From Octopus vulgaris (lineage: Eukaryota), in assembly GCA_951406725.2 (NCBI GenBank), contig OX597825.1, positions 70,184,001 to 70,248,000 of the forward strand: a stretch of 64,000 nucleotides of DNA. Reading direction: 5' to 3'. The notes under the pieces are model-generated. The model was not told the origin of the DNA and did no database searches. It saw only the letters and a list, made by a program, of their open reading frames with translations. Each line of letters opens with the position of its first letter. Position 1 is the first letter of the stretch. A program made the position numbers and the translations under genes. Shown in pieces: positions 40,914 through 53,828 of this stretch.

Positions 40914-41443
40914 CAGATGCCCTTTTTATTTTCTGCTTTGTTTTGTCTTCCATATGGGTGATTAATTGGAGTAAAACAGAGCCAGTGTGTATATGTATAT
41001 AACTGATACGTACGTACCTGGAACTCATTATCATATAGATATATATATCATACATCGAAAGCATTCATTATATACTCACGGGGTTTGAACACAACTGCAG
41101 CATTATTTATACATAATCTCTATACATACATGTGCACGAGCATATATAAATGTATGTGTGAGTATGTATGTGTGTGTATGCGCAGGTGCGTGGGTGCGTG
41201 TGTTTATGTGTGTGTGTTTATGAACAGAAACAATGGTTGTACTCAGTACAAGAAAAAGAGTAGAACTAAAGCAAGTAAAGAATAATGCTCAATAAATTCA
41301 AGAGTACTATTTTATTATTTTTCTCTTATATCTTGAATCGTCGGAAATACTGCTGTCCCTGAGAATTCGAAACAAGCAATTATTTAGTGCGCGCGCGTAG
41401 GTCTGTCAAAGTATCCGCGTGTGCACGTGTGTATGTGTGCATG

Positions 41444-41480
<37 letters not shown>

Positions 41481-41524
41481 TTGCACGCGCGCGCACACAC
41501 ACACACGTTTATATATATATGCAG

Positions 41525-41911
41525 TGGGGAAGCACTCCGTCGGTTACGACGATGAGGGTTCCGGTTGATCCGAATCAACGGAACAGCCTGCTCGTGAAAT
41601 TAACGTGTAGGTGGTTGAGCACTCCACGGACACGTGTACCTTTAACGTAGTTCTCGGGGATATTCAGCGTGACACAGAGAGTGACAAGGCCGGCCCTTTG
41701 AAATACAGGTACAACAGAAACAGGAAGTAAGAGTGAGAGAAAGAGTGGTGAAAGAATACAGCAGGGATCACCACCATCCCCTGCCGGAGCCTCGTGGAAC
41801 TTTAGGTGTTTTCGCTCAATAAACACTCACAACGCCCGGTCTGGGAATCGAAACCGCGATCCTATGACCGCGAGTCCGCTGCCCTAACCACTGGGCCATT
41901 GCGCCTCCACT
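41525..41911 (-). mobile_element. SINE family C, tail type 4
   Basis: Near-identical to 61001-61387. Confidence 0.9.
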
Positions 41912-42045
41912 ATATATACAGTACCATACTGAGGAAAAGGAATCCTTCGAAGAGGTGTGTTAAACATCCAATTGACTGGTACTTCAGTTGGATACCACAT
42001 AAATATTGATATAATTCAATAATAAAGATAAATTAAATATAAAAA

Positions 42046-42238
42046 TATTCTATTGACATTCAATGATTTATTTATATTACAATATTACATTAATTACTAT
42101 GAATATAATATATAACGTAACATAATATAATATAGATAAATTTAAAAACCATAAAAGTCCAACAAATTGCTTCGTCTTATATATATTGTAATATATATAT
42201 ATTATAATATAAATAAATTATTGAACGTCAATAGAATA
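42046..42238. repeat. AT-rich fold-back with ~40-bp inverted arms next to (TA)n
   Basis: tattctattgacattcaatgatttatttatatta vs taatataaataaattattgaacgtcaatagaata. Confidence 0.75.
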
Positions 42239-42259
42239 TAATTTATATATATATATATA

Positions 42260-42476
42260 TACTCTTTTACTTGTTTCAGTCATTTGACTGTGGCCATGCT
42301 GGAGCACCGCCTTTAGTCGAACAAATCGACCCCAGAACTTATTCTTTGTAAGCCTAGTACTTATTCTATCGGTCTCTTTTGCCGAACCGCTAGGTTACGA
42401 GGACGTAAACACACTAGCATCGGTTGTCAAGCGATGTTGGGGGGGACAAACACAGACACACAAACATATACACACA

Positions 42477-42523
<47 letters not shown>

Positions 42524-42616
42524 GACGGACTTCTTTCAGTTTCCGTCTACCAAATTCACTCACAAGGCTTTGGTCGGCCCAAGGCTATAGTAGAAGACAC
42601 TTGCCCAAGGTGCCAC
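42260..42616 (-). mobile_element. SINE family B, 5'-truncated
   Basis: Reverse complement of family B. Confidence 0.9.
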
Positions 42617-42746
42617 GGTGGTGGTGAAGGACAGAAGAAAGTAAAAACGGGAAGGACGAAGAAGAAAGTAAATAGCGGAAGTTACAAAGCAGAAAGAAAA
42701 ATGGGGGAAGGATTAGAAGACAACGGGAAAAAGAGCATAAAAATAC

Positions 42747-42810
<64 letters not shown>

Positions 42811-42812
42811 TT

Positions 42813-42880
<68 letters not shown>

Positions 42881-43285
42881 TGAAGAAGAAAATGATGAAG
42901 AAGAAGAAGAAGAAGAAGAAGAAGAAGAAGAATGTCCTAAATAATTGTCAATGACGGCCATAACAAAAAGCACGACAATTGAAACAACAACAACAACCAC
43001 CTCCACAGCAACACTTACAACACCAACAACCTCAGTTGCATACACAGCAATGATAACAGCAAAACAGCAACAACAACATCAAAACGAAGCTAAACTGATA
43101 AATGGAGAAATTCTATGAAAACAACTGGAATGATCTGAAGCGTGAAAAATTCGAAATACTAAGAATTTTAACACTGTTATCTACAACAACGATGTTAAAG
43201 AGAGTTACGGCTGGTGTTGCTGATAGTGTTGTTGTCGTAGTTGTCTGTTGCTGTGGTGGTGGTGGTGGTGGTGATGGTGGTGCTG

Positions 43286-43320
<35 letters not shown>

Positions 43321-43748
43321 ACCTCTGGTGATCCCTAGCCTAATCAAACAAACTTTATGATCAAAAGTTTTCAAACCCCTACTAAGCATTTCTTTTCATT
43401 GCGTGCAGGAGCTTTTAGGATCACATTATTCAATTTATTCTTTTGTAAGACTGTGAGACAATGTGATTAGAAAATGAAGTTTGACTGCTGTTTCTAAGAG
43501 CGCAAGAAGCATTATACTGGTTTCATCTTTGGCTCTTTGGATCATTGTCACTCACTTTGAGAAACCCTACGTCTTCCTTTTCTATTTGACTTTCCTCTGT
43601 CTCCTGGTTCTCAAAAAGAGCTTTGCTCGAAACCTAAAACCACCTTTCTTTCCTTCCCTGAGCGTCTGCTAATACTTTACATGTACCATGTACTCGCGTT
43701 ATTGTTTTGTTTTTTTTTGTGTTCGTTCTTCGTTTTTTAAGGGGCGGA

Positions 43749-43802
<54 letters not shown>

Positions 43803-43990
43803 ATAATATCGTTAATTTAAATTAAATAACGATTCTATCAAGTGGTTAGCATGATAATAAAAAGCTTCAAAGGTAATAATTATTATTAAAATTATAATTT
43901 AGGGTATCTACGAGATACCGCCATGCTGAAAATAGCAGCCGGTGGTTTTAGAGTCAGATTCTGGCTGTAGATACCCTAAATTAGTATTAT

Positions 43991-44032
<42 letters not shown>

Positions 44033-44557
44033 GTGTGTGTTAGTGTTTGCGTATACATACATACACATATATGTGTGTGTGTATGTATGTATATGTCTGT
44101 GTGTGTGTGTGTGTGTGTGGAGACAGATTGTTAATCATCTTATTCAGTGAAAAAGGGGCTAATATAATATCCACCACGTCAGTATTAGAAGGCGGGGGTA
44201 AAGTCGACCCCAGCTGCGTTAACGCTAGTTTCTATTTCATTTGTCTGAAAACTGTATCTAGATATTATTGATATAACATTGGCATAGACCACCCTGTGTT
44301 GATGAGAGGATAATATCTTTATTATTATATTACATTTCTTTACATTAATTCTAGTCATAGGTTACGGCTCTTTGGGTTAGAAGTTCGCTCCGCTGCCGCT
44401 TGTTACTAAGTTCGATTCCGCTGCTCGGCACCTTGAACAAATATTTTTAATGTAGTCATTTATCTTATGTGTGAAAATTGTTCAGAAGTCCGTAATCGAC
44501 AATTCTCGTCAAAGGATTTTAATTATTATTATTATTATTATTATTATTATCATCATC

Positions 44558-44620
<63 letters not shown>

Positions 44621-44623
<3 letters not shown>

Positions 44624-44998
44624 TAGTTTTATTTTTATAACGTGCTTTCACTTCACTACCGAGCGCAGCTCTGTGTGCCTTGAGCATGTGCTGTGGTTTG
44701 TTGTGATGCTCTTATGGTTACTGTATTGAAAGTGTTTTATGTTCTATGTGTGCAGTGCCCAGTAGTGCAATTTTCTGTATGTTATACATATTTGTAAGTC
44801 CTGATGTTTTTGTTATGTATTTGTCTGAAAATTTTTTTATCATACCTAATGCGCCTACTATGGTAGGAATTGTTTCTGTTTTTAGATTCCACATTCGAGT
44901 TACCAGGTTTTTGTATTTTTGTATTTTGAAAGTTTTTCCATTTCTTCTAGAGAAACGTTGTCATCTGCTGTTATTGATGCATCAATTAGAAAGCATTT
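44621..44998 (-). mobile_element. R4/Dong-type non-LTR retrotransposon 3' end inserted in (TAA)n
   Basis: CFLIDASITADDNVSLEEMEKLSKYK / VTRMWNLKTETIPTIVGALGMIKK..NIQKIALLGTAHI..TLSIQ*; (TTA)n on both sides. Confidence 0.9.
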
Positions 44999-45022
44999 TA
45001 TTATTATTATTATTATTATTAA

Positions 45023-45075
<53 letters not shown>

Positions 45076-45643
45076 TATAAACACACTCCACGCGAATTTC
45101 TCTGACAGAATATATAGGTGCTCGACGTAACTATCTTCCAGTCTTTGAAGTAATTTGGGAGAATCTTGAGATAATCCATACTGGCAGGTGCTAACTTTAG
45201 AACAACAAACGATTCATCACCCAACGTGGTATTTAATAACTCTAAATTTAGCTGTACCTGATCCCTCAACCTGCAAGAAATAATAACCAAATCTCCCTCA
45301 AATCATACCTTACCGCCTTGATATGGTATAAAGGATACATGAGGTAATGTATTTTTAAATAGATTTTAAAAGATTCGTTGGTCGGCATTGGAATGTCTTT
45401 GATATAGGTTTTGGTGATCGGATTTGGTTTGGCCTACGGCTAAACAACAACAGTGATGATGACAACAGAAACGATAGCAACAACAACAACTTCAAGGGCA
45501 CGTCTCTTTAAGCAAACGTTCGAAATATATTCACTATCTCATATGTTCTTAAAATTTAAATCCACATCTTTGTCTGTATATCTACCTTCTCTATAATGTT
45601 GCCACTTGATTTGAAAATGTTTGTATTAATGGAAAACCTCTAT

Positions 45644-45734
45644 AATTGGCTGGTGAGTACTCAGCATCTTAAATCTGTTGTAATACTTACAACATTTAAT
45701 AAAATGATGTAGTACGGAACGATCGTACCAAATT
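45644..45734 (+). ncRNA. Decayed type I hammerhead with long stem II
   Basis: ttgg CTGGTGA gtac...gtac GGAAC gatc GTA ccaa; two core positions differ from consensus. Confidence 0.5.
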
Positions 45735-45762
45735 ACCGGAGTCATTCTTGTTGCTTATTTTG

Positions 45763-45830
<68 letters not shown>

Positions 45831-45859
45831 GTATTTATGTATGTATGTATGTATGTATG

Positions 45860-45891
<32 letters not shown>

Positions 45892-45933
45892 TGTATGTAT
45901 GTATGTATGTATGTATGTATGTATGTATGTGTA

Positions 45934-46530
45934 CGAGATGCATTCAAATAGTATCCGACCCTGCCTTTTCGCGCTGGCAGTTACCGGCTGTTACGACCAG
46001 AATACAGACGTGTAGTGTGTATTTTCGAGATCGTGCATGAATACCGAATGCATCGAACAGAGACTATAAACCTATATCTCGTAGTTTGCACAGTCCAACA
46101 TGCCGTGAACGATTTCCAAGCAGAGCTGCTTCTGCTGCTCCATCAGCACCTTGGGCGAGAATTTTGCCGCCACTCTCCACCTGCACACATTCCCCGCTAT
46201 AATGGAATGCATTGAACTAGTGCTTATTCCCACTTCCTAAATAATTTCCTAGATTGTTACCCCACGGTCTTCCATGAGCTTCTTCCGAACATTTTCAATG
46301 GGCTCCTCGTTTTAGCTTGTGGACAGCTTATCTGAGCATGCCTTGCTCTCCACTGAGGTGTGGCCATGTCTAAAGCTTTTGTACCATATCTTGATCTGAG
46401 TTTAACCAATGGCATCATCGCCAAAGGCCTATTTATCTTATTGATGATTTGAGCTTGTGTATCACCAAGCTTTTTGTGAAACTTGATGCAATATATTTGC
46501 TCGAAATCGCTGACCTTCGTGCAAACTTTG
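45934..46530 (-). mobile_element. mariner transposon remnant (N-terminal HTH region plus one TIR)
   Basis: EQIYCIKFHKKLGDTQ..GDDAIG*TQIKIWYKSFRHGHTSVES..EDRGVTI..VGIS..RVAAKFSPKVL..QKQL; TA-cgagatgcattcaaatagtatccgacc TIR-like end. Confidence 0.88.
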
Positions 46531-46749
46531 AACCCAATATATATGTATTAAGTAATAATTAAATTATAAATGATGCACTTATCTGTGTTTTGTTATACAC
46601 GTGAACACTTAACTGTGAAAAAATTGTCCCGCATCAAACTGGACCGTGACACGAAAAACGTTGTGTATAGCTGTCCCACAGGGGCCATCCAAGACGCCCC
46701 GATTTGCAGCATAGTAACGAAGACGGCGGTATAAGACTTTCACTTGTTT

Positions 46750-46983
46750 AAGGCGGCGAGCTGGCAGAAACTTTAGCACGCCGGGCGAAATGCGTAGCCG
46801 TATTTCGTCTACCGTTACGTTCTGAGTTCAAATTCAGCCGAGGTAGACTTTGCCTTTCATCCTTTCGGGGTCGATAAATTAAGTACCAGTTACGTACTGG
46901 GATCGATGTAATCGACTTAATCCGTTTGTCTGTCCCTGTTTGTCCTCTCTGTGTTTAGCCCCTTATGGGTAGTAAAAAAAATA
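46750..46983 (+). mobile_element. SINE family A, full-length monomer with 22-bp TSD
   Basis: ggtataagactt(t/c)cacttgttt at 46728-46749 and 46984-47005. Confidence 0.92.
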
Positions 46984-47833
46984 GGTATAAGACTTCCACT
47001 TGTTTCATTCATTGAGCTCCGGCCATGCTGGGGTACCACCTTGAAAGTTTTAGTCGAAGCAGCATGGTACCATGGTAAATAGAAGGTTGTATATCAGGTT
47101 ACTTTTCTGATTCCCCAAAAAATCTTTCTATCACAGTATGACACCAGGGCAAATACAATCTTATAGCCACTTTTCGTCTCACAGTTGATGTCTTTACACA
47201 CGAAGTGTTGTCTGCAATGTCAGAGTCACTTTGTGTTGAGTTTTCTTTTTCACCTAATTAGCTAAATTGTATTCATTTTACACGGTTAATGAAATAATTT
47301 AGAAGTGAATAGGAAAGTTTTCAGTTCACCTTCTCTCCCTCTCTCTCTCCCCCACCCTCTCTCTCTCTTCCACCCTCTCTCTCTCTCACCCTCTCTTCTC
47401 TCTCTCCCTACTACTCCTTCTCTCCCTCTACTTCTCTTTCACTCTCGTACTCTCCCCTCCACTTCACTCCCCTCTTTCTCTCTCCTTATAAATGCGTGTG
47501 TGTGTGTATGCGGCTGTATACATACATATACATACATACATATATAATGTGTGCACATATGTGTGGAAAGGTATACACATATGTATGTATACAAATATAT
47601 GTATATACATGTGTATATATATATATATATATATATGCATATATATATATATGTATGTATATATATGTATATATATATATGTATGTGTAGATATATATAT
47701 ATATATATATATACATATATATATACATATATACATATACATATATACATATACATATATACATATATACATATACATATATACATATATACATATACAT
47801 ATATACATATATATATATACATATATAATATTA

Positions 47834-47865
<32 letters not shown>

Positions 47866-48291
47866 GCTGGCATTCATATATGGTCTCGTATATATATCTA
47901 CACACACATATTATATGTATAGATTTATTGTGTATTGTGTATGCCTGTGTGTGTGTTCGTACGTGCGTGTGTTTAAGTAGGTGAGTTATCATGTATGCAA
48001 CGCAAGTAACAACATTTTCTGAAACATTAAATCATAAGGCATCCAACAGCATACTTCGAGATAGCGTTAAGCGGTGTGGCACGGCGCGGTGTGGCACGGC
48101 GCGGTGAGGCACGGCGCGGTGTGTTGTTGTGTGCTGTCATGTGGTGAGACGTATATTGGTCGGTTCCTGGTTGACATTTATGGTGACAGACACTCGAAAA
48201 TGTGGAGATATTAAAAGCACGCTCGAATATATATATACAATACATATGGTCATTTCTATACCCAAAATAGTTTATGTGAAAATTCAGAAAC

Positions 48292-48450
48292 AGGCGTGGT
48301 TAGTTTGGTAAGAAGTTTAGTTCCCAACCACGTGATTTCTGGTTCAGTTCTTCTGCGTGGCACCTTGAACAATTGCATTCTACTATAGTACCCAGGCCGA
48401 CCAAAGCCTTGTGAGTGGATTTGGTAAACGGAAGCTGAAAAGTCCGTCGT

Positions 48451-48501
<51 letters not shown>

Positions 48502-48831
48502 AGAAGAAACTGGATCAAACAACAATGGGAAACTCGTAGTTTATGCTGGTATGTCTATGTCTTTAATTAAATAGGTAACAAAGAAGGAAGGAGCAGAGAT
48601 GAGGGTAGCATTTACGATCGTTTCGATTTACTGGTTTAAGCAAATCTCTTCAGAATGCAAGTATAGATAGATGCATCGGTTAGGATGCGAAAGTAATTGA
48701 TACATATGCGATGGTAATGTAAACAAATTGGTAATCCTTACATTAAATTTATGTTCTTGCACTGGTAAATAACCAGGAGCGACTCTGGATTTAATTAACC
48801 CTTAGAGGTTTTAAACCCCTCTACCTCGATA

Positions 48832-48870
<39 letters not shown>

Positions 48871-49050
48871 GCGTGTGTGTGTGTGTGTGTGCGTGTGTAT
48901 GTATTTTTGTCTGTGTTTGCCCCATGCCACCGCTTGACAACCGGTGCTGGTGTGTCTACGTCGCCGTAACATAGCGGTTCGGTGAAAAGAGACCGACAGA
49001 ATACATACAAGTCTTAAATAATATATAAGTACTTGGATCGATTCAATGAA
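48292..49050 (+). mobile_element. SINE family B split at its internal (TA)n by an ~335-bp insert (48499-48834)
   Basis: Head 48292-48450, tail 48895-49050, (TA)n on both sides of the insert. Confidence 0.8.
48608..48658 (-). ncRNA. Type I hammerhead ribozyme, canonical core
   Basis: Minus: gcatt CTGAAGA gatttgct-taaacc-agtaaatc GAAAC gatc GTA aatgc; 5-bp stem I, 8-bp stem II, palindromic minimal stem III. Confidence 0.85.
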
Positions 49051-49129
49051 CATATAATGTATAAGTATGCAGCACATGCATTTTGCTACATAAATATGCA
49101 TTAATTTTAGCGATCTCACTGATGAAGTA

Positions 49130-49520
49130 CAGATGACAAATCTATTTGCTCATTAATACAGAGACTCGAGTCTGAGGGTAACTAGAAAAATATCTTATTT
49201 TCTTGCCCTTTATCCTTTCTAGCATGTAAAGTGTCCTGTCAAAGGTCACCTCTTTTGTGATGCGCTTCCGTACAGATTTGATGTATCAGTCTTCCACTTA
49301 GAATGTATTTGCGACCTCGCGTCGAGGCTACGAACTGATGACATTTCCCTTAGTATCATACATTTGAATTGAAAACCAAACTGCATGATGTCAAAGTGGA
49401 CATATTAGCTAAAAGACAATTGTCTGTGTCTAATTGTTCCATATTAGTTATAAAACACATGTTATGAAATCCTCACGCAGAACTGATGCATCCTTCTTAA
49501 CAACACAAGCGGCCTTTCAA
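49130..49520 (-). mobile_element. Penelope-like element GIY-YIG endonuclease remnant
   Basis: Decayed MSTLTSCSLVF/QFKC...RSLDAR...NLYGSA, resembling the xxIYxFxCxC..R.L..R..H..SAI pattern. Confidence 0.5.
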
Positions 49521-49930
49521 TAAGAAAGTAATAGAATTAAACAAGTCGTTAATCCAATACGGATATACGAATAATGTAGGCTGTAAAACAATGGGGGAAC
49601 AACATCACTGATGGAATAAGTATAAAAGCACAAAACAATATAACAGATACAATCCGTTGTAAATGATAAACTATATATATATAGTGTTTATTGTTTTGTA
49701 TTTTGTCTAAAATCCCGTTATACAGGACATAATTTAGAGTACGGCCAATCATTGGCTAATGTAAATCACAAAATTTCCCAAAATTATATGTAATTTCCAC
49801 AACAACAATAAGGTTTTAAACTTGCAAGCGAATACGTAAACTTCTGGGCCTTACTGCCAGAACGCAAAAGCCCATTGCTGCCAGAACGCAAAGCCCAGTT
49901 TTCTCTCTTTCTTTTCTAACCTCTTCTACG

Positions 49931-49969
<39 letters not shown>

Positions 49970-50324
49970 CTTCTTTCTCTTTCTATTTCTCTATCTCTCT
50001 TTATATTTGTATTCTTTCTTGCACTTTATCACTCAATTTTTTATTTCTTATTATTTTCTCTTGTTTCTCTCATCTCTCTCCACTTCCTCTTTCTATCACT
50101 CTTTCTCGCTTTCATTGCCTCCGTTTCTCTCTGATTTCATTCTCATTACCTCTCCCCATCTTCGCTCTCACCCTCCCATCACCACCAAGAACCACCACCA
50201 CCACTTCCTTTATTCATTCTCTTCATATTTTGTGTCCTTTCATTTTAGTATCTTCATTTTTCATACACAAGATAAATTTTTCTGGGTGTTCTCCCCTTCT
50301 CTCTCCCTTCCCCTCTTCTCTCTT

Positions 50325-50362
<38 letters not shown>

Positions 50363-50722
50363 TCTCTCTAACATTTAACCCATATTCATATAATAATATA
50401 ATATATACCCTTCATAGAAGATAATATCCCCTTATTTCAACACACACCATCAGCATTACTGCAGCCACTCGCCACCGCCACTCAGTCCCTGAAGTAAGTG
50501 CCAACTTTTAAACTGGAGTTAAGAGATACGTCCTTAATTTAAGGTAATCATATAAACAGGATCCAATGCGTAGGTAGAGGTTGGGTGGGGGTGACAATAA
50601 TATCACGTGACGTATTAACTTTGTGCTTTTTTCATGATGCTTTTTACTCTGGTGATGAAGTGATAAAAATGTTCATGTAAAATGTGATATATCAAGTGTG
50701 CGTGTATATATATATATGATAT

Positions 50723-50760
<38 letters not shown>

Positions 50761-50794
50761 ATATATATATATGAAAGTACTAGTTCAATCAGAA

Positions 50795-50835
<41 letters not shown>

Positions 50836-50856
50836 TTATAAGATTGTAAATAAAAC

Positions 50857-50896
<40 letters not shown>

Positions 50897-51036
50897 TTTG
50901 CTAAAAGTGGTGCCTTACATGAAGACGGATTAATATAACTGATAACTGAAAATCGGAGCCTTTCAGTTATGTTGTTTTAAAGAATACTATCTATCTATCT
51001 GTCTATCTATCTACCTGTCTGTCTGTCTGTCTTTCT

Positions 51037-51547
51037 GCGAGCTGGCAGAAACGTTAGCGCGCCGGGCGAACTGCTTATTGGTATTTCGTCTGTCGTTACG
51101 TTCTAAGTTCAAATTCCTCCGAGAACGACTTTGCCTTTCATCCTTTCAGGGTCGATAAATAAAGTACCAGTTTCGCACCGGGGTCGATGTAATCGACTTA
51201 ATCCCTTTGTCTGTCCTTATTTGCCCCCTCTATGTTTAGCCCCTTGTGGGTAGTAAAGAAATAGGCATATATATATATATATATATAAATGAAGGCAAGT
51301 GACCTAATGGTCGGGCTGTTGCACTTACGACCGCGAGGTCGTGGGTTCGATTCTCAGACAGGGCGGTGCATTGTGTTCTTGAGCATTTCCCTTCATTTCC
51401 AGTCTCTTCTTTCCATCAGCGGAGAAATGTTGGCCATACTCGCCTAGCCAACAGGTGGCGTCATTCGGAGGCTATAACGATGCAAAGCGCATTGTGACCA
51501 GCGATGTGTAACAACTTCTGATAGTCTGGTAGTCACGTGATCACGTG
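51037..51547 (+). mobile_element. SINE family A (51037-51265) followed by diverged SINE family C tail type 3 (51291-51547)
   Basis: Similarity to other copies in the window. Confidence 0.85.
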
Positions 51548-51561
51548 CACACACACACATG

Positions 51562-51649
<88 letters not shown>

Positions 51650-51814
51650 GAAAACCTGGCGTAACATTGAAGAACTACACACATGGGGATCCTGTCTGAA
51701 ACTATCTTTTAGCGACTAACAGAAAACCGCATGGAGGACGGTCTTTCCGTAACGGACATTCAATACATTTAATACTACATTGAAGTGTATAAAGACAATG
51801 CTAATAAATAACTT

Positions 51815-52253
51815 GGATCTTTTCGGTTTGAACGGCAGTTTTTAACATAATTTCTAGGTAACTAAAAAATTTTAAACTCGTATACTGGTAGAATGTGTTT
51901 ATAAAACATCTTTTTCTCTTGGCTTTATTGAGAAAATTCTATAGTTTGTATGATATTTGTTGTTTGTTTTTTCTTCAATTTCTGCAATTTCAACCAATCA
52001 TTGACGTCTATAGAGGTAAAAACCATTCTATGCCGTATGAATATGTCGCTCGTTTAAGAAATAGGTTGGATTTATTAAGATTAGTGAAGAAAAAAAGATA
52101 CCCTTCCCCCCACCCCTAACCCTAACTAATCCTAACTAACCCTGACCCTAAAACAGATTGAAATGCAATAGATCGATACTAGGGTCATAATTATGGGTGA
52201 CAATTTCATATGACACCGCTAGAAAAAAACTGCCGTTCAAACCGAAAAGATCC
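51815..52253. mobile_element. 439-bp MITE, perfect 29-bp TIRs, 8-bp TSD, Merlin-like
   Basis: TIR ggatcttttcggtttgaacggcagttttt (51815-51843 / 52225-52253); TSD aataactt (51807-51814, 52254-52261); GG..CC termini. Confidence 0.9.
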
Positions 52254-52569
52254 AATAACTTTAAGAGTGACTGGGAAAAGTTAAGATTAAATGAATTCAC
52301 GTGGGACAAATTGGAGTATGGCTCGTTAGCGATAAATAAAGATTATAGGTGAGGATCCTTTGAGTTGTGGATATGTAATAGGGATTCTCCCTCGGTGACT
52401 ATTACTACTCCCTATCAGGGTGTTTTGTGGTCGTGTGTATGTGTACGTATGTATGCATGTATGTGTCTATGTTTGTCTCTCTGTGTGTATGTCTGGATGA
52501 ACGTATATATGTGTACGCATCTGTGCATTTCTCTGTGTATATATGAGTGCGTGTGTATGAGTGTGTGTT

Positions 52570-52601
<32 letters not shown>

Positions 52602-52626
52602 AGTGTGTGTATGAGTGTGTGTATGA

Positions 52627-52675
<49 letters not shown>

Positions 52676-53304
52676 CGCGTGTCCGTCTGTCTGTCTGTGC
52701 ATGTGATTATCACATTTCCTCCAGTAATTTGTCGCTTTGGAATGGTTTCTTTTTCAGTATCACTTTTTTTTTTTTACATTTTAATTTTTTTTTTCTACTT
52801 TCTCTTTCTGCTTGTTTTTTTCTCTCTCTCTTTTCTTCGTTTCTGATATCATCATTATCATTAAAGCGATCACTACCTTTACTACAACCAAAACTACCAC
52901 CCACAGAGCCCATTACAGTCACTACCACCACCACCATCACTGCTACCACCACCACTAACACTAACACTATAAACATCATGACTATAATCAGTCATCATCA
53001 GCGTCGTCGTCGTCATCATTATCCTAATGAGTATCATCAACCTCATCGACATTATTATTGACACGCTCCTTTTCTCCTCCACTTCCTGTTCCTGATCAGC
53101 ATCATCATCATCATCATCATCATCATCACCATTATCATTATCATCGTCATCATAATCATCATCATCATCATCATTAGCAGCAGCAGCATTACACTCATCA
53201 TCCACATTGCCCTCATCATCATCATCGTCGTCTTCGTCATCCTCATTACACTCACTATCATCATCATCATCACTATGATTATTAACATCATCATCGCTAG
53301 TAGC

Positions 53305-53365
<61 letters not shown>

Positions 53366-53420
53366 TACATCTACATATACATATGTATTTACACATACAT
53401 ATTACACACACATATATATA

Positions 53421-53812
53421 GGCGCAGGAATGGCTGTGTGGTAAGTAGCTTGCTAACCAACCACATGGTTGCGGGTTCAGTCCCACTGCGTGGCATCTTG
53501 GGCAAGTGTCTTCTGCTATAGCCTCGGGCCGACCAATGCCTTGTGAGTGGATTTGGTAGACGGAAACTGAAAGAAGCCTGTCGTATATATATATATATAT
53601 GTGTGTGTATGTGTGTTTGTATGTCTGTGTTTGTCCCCCTAGCATTGCTTGACAACCGATGCTGGTGTGTTTACGTCCCCGTCACTTAGCGGTTCGGCAA
53701 AAGAGACCGATAGAATAAGTACTGGGCTTACAATAGAATAAGTACTGGGCTCGACTAAAGGCGGTGCTCCAGCATGGCCGCAGTCAAATGACTGAAACAA
53801 GTAAAAGAGAGA
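53421..53812 (+). mobile_element. SINE family B, full length
   Basis: Matches 3600-4025. Confidence 0.92.
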
Positions 53813-53828
53813 GAAAGAGATATATATG

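Noticed and set aside
44982-45290. Exon-like minus ORF with a tttcttgcag acceptor
   Set aside because: The acceptor lies in repeat family D sequence and the peptide is unrecognisable.
48071-48124. GC-rich 15-bp x3.5 repeat
   Set aside because: Short pentanucleotide-derived repeat with no further structure.
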